This document shows positions 59,932 to 64,000 of a DNA stretch of 64,000 nt, piece after piece. The translations under genes were made by a program, and so were the position numbers. Position 1 is the first letter of the stretch. Each line of letters opens with the position of its first letter. The notes beneath the pieces were generated by a model. It was given only the letters and a program-made list of their open reading frames with translations, was not told the DNA's origin and made no database searches. The stretch is from Candidatus Altimarinota bacterium (GTDB lineage: Bacteria; Patescibacteriota; Gracilibacteria; UBA1369; GCA-2718715), in the NCBI GenBank assembly GCA_041242255.1, contig JBESAV010000001.1, positions 928,001 to 992,000 of the forward strand, read 5' to 3'.

Positions 59932-59979
59932 ATCGCCAAGTATAAGTCTGAAAACTTGCAAACCTCTAATAATATGTAT

Positions 59980-60555
59980 ATGCCAGGAATTTTAGGTAAA
60001 AAGGTTGGCATGACACGTATCATTGTAAATGGAAAAATGACTCCACTTACAGTAGTACAGTGCGAACCAAATACTATCGTTCAGTTAAAAACTGACGAAA
60101 AAGATGGATACAATGCCATCGTTGTTGGATTTGATAAATTAAACAAACCAACAAAAAACAAAACATACAGACATCTAAAAGAATTCAAAGTTGATAGTCT
60201 TGAAGACTACAAAGTTGGAGATCTAGTAGACGTTTCACAATTTGCAGAAGTTAAAAACTGCAAAGTAACTGCTTACTCAAAAGGTAAGGGGTTTCAAGGT
60301 GTAATAAAAAGACACAACTTCTCAAGAGGTCCTGAATCACATGGTTCAAGACATCATAGAGAACCAGGTTCAGTTGGAGCATGTGCTGCACCAGGTAGAG
60401 TAGCTAAAGGTAAAAAACTACCAGGTAGAACTGGTAACCAAAAAGTTACCCTAACTAAAGCACAAGTTGCATACATTGAGCCTGAATTAAATCTTATTGG
60501 AATCAAAGGACCTGTTCCAGGTGCCAAAAATAATTTAGTAGTACTATCCTTTTAA
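59980..60555 (+). CDS. rplC: 50S ribosomal protein uL3
   Basis: GILGKKVGMT, SKGKGFQGVIKRH, HREPGSVG, KGPVPG; ATG at 59980 preferred over TTG at 59956. Confidence 0.97.
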   Translation: MPGILGKKVGMTRIIVNGKMTPLTVVQCEPNTIVQLKTDEKDGYNAIVVGFDKLNKPTKNKTYRHLKEFKVDSLEDYKVGDLVDVSQFAEVKNCKVTAYSKGKGFQGVIKRHNFSRGPESHGSRHHREPGSVGACAAPGRVAKGKKLPGRTGNQKVTLTKAQVAYIEPELNLIGIKGPVPGAKNNLVVLSF

Positions 60556-60557
60556 TT

Positions 60558-61193
60558 ATGAAAATCAATATATATAACCAAAAAGGTGATGTCGCTAAAG
60601 AAACAAATCTTCCAAAAGAAGTATTTGGTTTAGATGTAAAGGAATCTGTTGTGCATAAAGCACTTATCAGACAACTTTCAAATTCTAGAAATCCAATAGC
60701 ACACACCCTAGAAAAAGGTGAAGTTAGAGGTGGTGGAGCAAAACCATACCGTCAAAAAGGTACAGGTAGAGCTCGTCAAGGTTCAATCAGAAATCCTCAC
60801 TTCGTAGGTGGTGGAGTTGCATTCGGACCTAGAAAAACTGCTAACTTCCAAAAACAAATGCCTAAAAAAGAAAGAAGAAAAGCTCTTCTTATGGCATTGT
60901 CAGCAAAAGCTAAAGATAAAAATATCTTCGGTCTAGACAAATACCAAGATAAAGATCTTAAGACTAAGAAATTTGCTGAACTTTTAGGAAAACTACCAGT
61001 TGAAAGAGATGTATTAGTAGTTGTAGCAGAAAACAATGAAGACTACACAAATCTGAAAAGAGTTACTGGAAACCTTCCAAACGTTAAAACTATTCTTGCA
61101 AGCTACCTGAACATCCAAGACTTGCAAAAATACGAATCACTATGTCTAGTAGGAGATTCCGTTAAAACAATACAAGAAACATTCACTGTATAA
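60558..61193 (+). CDS. rplD: 50S ribosomal protein uL4
   Basis: EVRGGGAKPYRQKGTGRARQGS.R.P..VGGG.AFGP. Confidence 0.98.
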   Translation: MKINIYNQKGDVAKETNLPKEVFGLDVKESVVHKALIRQLSNSRNPIAHTLEKGEVRGGGAKPYRQKGTGRARQGSIRNPHFVGGGVAFGPRKTANFQKQMPKKERRKALLMALSAKAKDKNIFGLDKYQDKDLKTKKFAELLGKLPVERDVLVVVAENNEDYTNLKRVTGNLPNVKTILASYLNIQDLQKYESLCLVGDSVKTIQETFTV

Positions 61194-61195
61194 AT

Positions 61196-61486
61196 ATGAC
61201 AAGAATAGAACCAATCATTACAGAAAAAAGTAATCTTCAAAGTCAAAACAAACAATTCACTTTCAAAGTTTCTGGAGACACAAATAAAATTGAAATTGCT
61301 AAGGAACTAAAAAAAGAAACAGGAGTTGATGTTCTTAGCGTTCGAGTTATGAACGTTGGAGCAAAAGAAAGACTAGTAGGAAGAGGTCGTGTAATGACTA
61401 AAAGAAAACCATTCAAAAAAGCAATTGTTACTTTCGCAGAAGCAATTGATTTGAATACATTCAATTCAAAAAAAACTAATAAGTAA
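61196..61486 (+). CDS. rplW: 50S ribosomal protein uL23
   Basis: PIITEK, NKIEI, KKAIVT; position in the S10 cluster. Confidence 0.93.
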   Translation: MTRIEPIITEKSNLQSQNKQFTFKVSGDTNKIEIAKELKKETGVDVLSVRVMNVGAKERLVGRGRVMTKRKPFKKAIVTFAEAIDLNTFNSKKTNK

Positions 61487-61488
61487 CC

Positions 61489-62349
61489 ATGGCAATTAAA
61501 AAATACAAACCAACTACCAATGGACGTCGTGGGCAAACTACTATTGATTACAAAGCTAGTGGAATCACAACTGATAAACCACATAAACCGCTTCTAGTAT
61601 CAAAGAAAAGACAAGCAGGTAGAAATGCTCAAGGTAAAATTACCGTTCGTCACCAAGGTGGTGGTCACAAAAAGAAGTACAGATTGATTGACTTCAATAG
61701 AACCGAGAAAATCGGAATTGCTGGTAAGGTATCTACGATCGAATACGATCCAAATAGAAGTGCCTTTATCATGCTTGTCACTTACCAAGACGGAGACAAA
61801 AGGTACCACCTTGCTCCAGAAGGTATCAAAGTTGGAGACAGAGTTTACACTGCTGAAAAAACCAAAATTAAAGTTGGAAATAGAATGCAGTTAAAACACA
61901 TCCCAGTTGGATACAGCATCTTCAACATTGAAATGAACAACAACAAAGGTGGACAAATTATCAGGTCAGCTGGATCTAGTGCAAAAATCACTTCTCTAGA
62001 AGGACAAAAAGCACAAGTTGAACTTCCATCTGGTGAAATCAGACTTATCGAAAAAACTTGTTATGCAAGTATCGGTCAAGTTAGTAACCAAGACCACGGA
62101 AACGTAGTTATCGGTAAAGCCGGAAGAAAAAGATGGATGGGTAAAAAACCTCAAGTTAGAGGTAAAGCCATGAATCCAAATGACCATCCACATGGTGGTG
62201 GTGAAGGTGGATCTCCAATTGGTTTGAAAAACCCAAAGACTCCATGGGGAGCACCAGCACTTGGTAAAAAGACAAGAAGACGTAAGTATACTGACAAATT
62301 TATTGTTAGGTCTCGTCATCTTAAAAAGAATAAGAAGAAGAAAAAATAA
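61489..62349 (+). CDS. rplB: 50S ribosomal protein uL2
   Basis: [41 protein letters not shown]. Confidence 0.99.
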   Translation: MAIKKYKPTTNGRRGQTTIDYKASGITTDKPHKPLLVSKKRQAGRNAQGKITVRHQGGGHKKKYRLIDFNRTEKIGIAGKVSTIEYDPNRSAFIMLVTYQDGDKRYHLAPEGIKVGDRVYTAEKTKIKVGNRMQLKHIPVGYSIFNIEMNNNKGGQIIRSAGSSAKITSLEGQKAQVELPSGEIRLIEKTCYASIGQVSNQDHGNVVIGKAGRKRWMGKKPQVRGKAMNPNDHPHGGGEGGSPIGLKNPKTPWGAPALGKKTRRRKYTDKFIVRSRHLKKNKKKKK

Positions 62350-62365
62350 TAATTACTAATAACTT

Positions 62366-62638
62366 ATGGCAAGAAGTAGTAAAAAAGGACCATACGTTGA
62401 CCCTCGCCTGATGAAAAAGGTAGAACAAATGAATTCAGGTGGGAAAAAAAGTGTTATCAAAACATGGTCAAGATCATGCGATATCCATCCCCTATTTGTG
62501 GGACACACTTTCGCAGTTCACAACGGTAAAGAATTCATTCCAGTATTTGTAACTGAAAACATGGTAGGTCACAAACTCGGAGAATTTGCACCAACAAGAA
62601 AATTTAGAAGCCACGGCGGAAAACTAGCCAAAGCTTAA
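62366..62638 (+). CDS. rpsS: 30S ribosomal protein uS19
   Basis: [27 protein letters not shown]. Confidence 0.98.
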   Translation: MARSSKKGPYVDPRLMKKVEQMNSGGKKSVIKTWSRSCDIHPLFVGHTFAVHNGKEFIPVFVTENMVGHKLGEFAPTRKFRSHGGKLAKA

Positions 62639-62669
62639 AACTATACTAATTAAGTATTAATAGACAAAT

Positions 62670-63161
62670 ATGAAAGCTACCCTTAGAAACGTAAGACTCG
62701 CTCCTAAAAAAGCGAACTTAGTAGCTGAACTAGTCAGAGGACAAAACGCAACTGCAGCACTCAGAACATTGAAATTCACTCCAAAAAAGGGAGCTAAAAT
62801 TCTTTATAAGCTGATTAACAGCGCTGTAGCAAACGCAGAAAATAACTTCGGACAAAACAAAAATAGTTTAGTTATAAAAGAAATTAAAGTATCAAAAGGT
62901 CTAAGACTTAAAAGATACATCCCAGTTTCAAGAGGACGTGCACATCCACTTCAAAAGGACAGTTCACACATCCATGTAATTCTTGGAACTGATGATGCAG
63001 TAACAAAAACTGCAAAACCAGCTAAAAAAGCTGAGACAAAAAAAACTACTAAAACAAGTAGCAAAAAGCCAGCAGCTAAAACTACAAAGAAAGCTACTGC
63101 AAAGAAAAGTACTGCTAAAAGCACTACTAAAAAAACAAGCAAAAAAACTAATAAAAATTAA
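62670..63161 (+). CDS. rplV: 50S ribosomal protein uL22 with a K/A/T-rich C-terminal extension
   Basis: R.APKK..LVA..VRG, SAVANAENN, RGRA..SHI, then about 55 aa of low-complexity tail. Confidence 0.96.
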   Translation: MKATLRNVRLAPKKANLVAELVRGQNATAALRTLKFTPKKGAKILYKLINSAVANAENNFGQNKNSLVIKEIKVSKGLRLKRYIPVSRGRAHPLQKDSSHIHVILGTDDAVTKTAKPAKKAETKKTTKTSSKKPAAKTTKKATAKKSTAKSTTKKTSKKTNKN

Positions 63162-63163
63162 CT

Positions 63164-63802
63164 ATGGGACAAAAAGTAAACCCTACAGGTATCCGTCTTG
63201 GTATCACTCATACATGGGACTCAAAATGGTTCCCATCGAAAGGTGACTACGCTAAGTTCTTGAAAAAAGATATTGCAATCAGAAAATATCTAAGAAATAA
63301 ATTTCAAGGAATGGGTGTCTCAAAAATCGAATTAGAAAATGCTTCAGGAGTTATCACTCTAACTCTTAACGCAGCTAAACCTGGATTGATCATTGGTCAA
63401 CAAGGATCAAAAATCGAAGAGCTTAAAGATGAACTTGAAAAGAAATTCAACGATAAATTCATCGTTAATGTTAAAGAGATCAACAAACCAGAACTAGACG
63501 CATATGTTGTTGCTGAAAATATTGCAAGACAAGTAGAAAGACGTATCTCTTACAGAAGAGCTGCTAAAGCTGCTATCGAAAAAGCAATGATGAATGGAGC
63601 AAAAGGAGCGAAAGTAAAAGTATCAGGACGTCTAAATGGTGTAGATATTGCTAGAACTGAATTCTTCACAGAAGGAAGAGTGCCTCTACAAACACTTAGA
63701 GCAGATATTGACTACTGCCATTACGAAGCTCATACAACATACGGAGTAATAGGAATCAAGGTATGGATCTATAAAGGAGATGTATTTGCACCTTCAAAAT
63801 AA
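63164..63802 (+). CDS. rpsC: 30S ribosomal protein uS3
   Basis: MGQKVNP.G.RLG, KPGLIIG, GRLNG.DIARTE, PLQTLRADIDY, GVIGIKVWI. Confidence 0.98.
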   Translation: MGQKVNPTGIRLGITHTWDSKWFPSKGDYAKFLKKDIAIRKYLRNKFQGMGVSKIELENASGVITLTLNAAKPGLIIGQQGSKIEELKDELEKKFNDKFIVNVKEINKPELDAYVVAENIARQVERRISYRRAAKAAIEKAMMNGAKGAKVKVSGRLNGVDIARTEFFTEGRVPLQTLRADIDYCHYEAHTTYGVIGIKVWIYKGDVFAPSK

Positions 63803-63840
63803 TAAACAAGACCATAAAAATTGATTTATTCAATTTAACC

Positions 63841-63868
63841 TTGATATAAAACACAAACTGAATATAAT
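63841..63868 (+). promoter_or_regulatory. Internal promoter before rplP, TTGATA-N16-TATAAT
   Basis: Near-consensus hexamers in the 86-nt rpsC-rplP gap. Confidence 0.55.
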
Positions 63869-63888
63869 CTACTAGCTAAAAAAACATC

Positions 63889-64000
63889 ATGTTAGTACCA
63901 AAGAAAACAAAATATAGAAAGAGCTTCCGCTTAAGAAATGCAAACAAAAAAAATCTTGCACAAAGAAATAATACGCTTGCATTTGGAAGCATTGGTCTAA
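63889..64000 (+). CDS. rplP: 50S ribosomal protein uL16, N-terminal part (runs off the right edge)
   Basis: MLVPKKTKYRKSFR...LAFGSIGL following rpsC. Confidence 0.92.
   Translation, partial: MLVPKKTKYRKSFRLRNANKKNLAQRNNTLAFGSIGL

Noticed and set aside
1-64000. Alternative genetic code (TGA = Gly, as in some Gracilibacteria and Absconditabacteria)
   Set aside because: Conserved genes are full length in the standard code, and TGA acts as stop in ATGA overlaps (18401-18404, 34084-34087) and in pgk.

Overview
An AT-rich bacterial chromosome segment that looks like Patescibacteria/CPR, probably Peregrinibacteria/Gracilibacteria-like. This placement is inferred from paired VirB4/TraG-like ATPases, a DUF5667-type domain, SLH proteins, a ComEC with no nuclease domain and leaders mostly without Shine-Dalgarno (SD) motifs. 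The standard code is used: TGA ends pgk, the LCP gene and others. Housekeeping content: pgk, gap, class I aldolase, tmk, DEAD-box helicase, ogt, comEC, LCP-dac-mraY, rsmH-ftsL, tsaC, hrcA-grpE...dnaK with a CIRCE, serS, rpoBC, rpsL-rpsG-fusA-tuf, rpsJ and rplC to rplP. These conserved clusters are interrupted by accessory genes with their own promoters and terminators. No tRNA, rRNA, CRISPR array or transposase was seen. The most interesting signals are non-coding or very small: (i) two parallel micro-transcription units before dnaK (promoter, 5' hairpin, SD, small charged ORF, 3' anti-SD element, terminator), one ORF ending in an SSB-tail-like FNEDLPFK; (ii) attenuator-like leaders before rpsJ and rpoB, and structured leaders before rplC, rpsL and the DEAD-box helicase; (iii) an ECF sigma / FecR-DUF5667 pair with an ECF-type promoter between the two genes; (iv) an SRP-domain-IV-like hairpin; (v) substitutions in near-invariant RpoB motifs; (vi) strong strand skew with the ribosomal operons on the C/A-rich strand. 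All family assignments come from motif recognition by eye; no searches were run.
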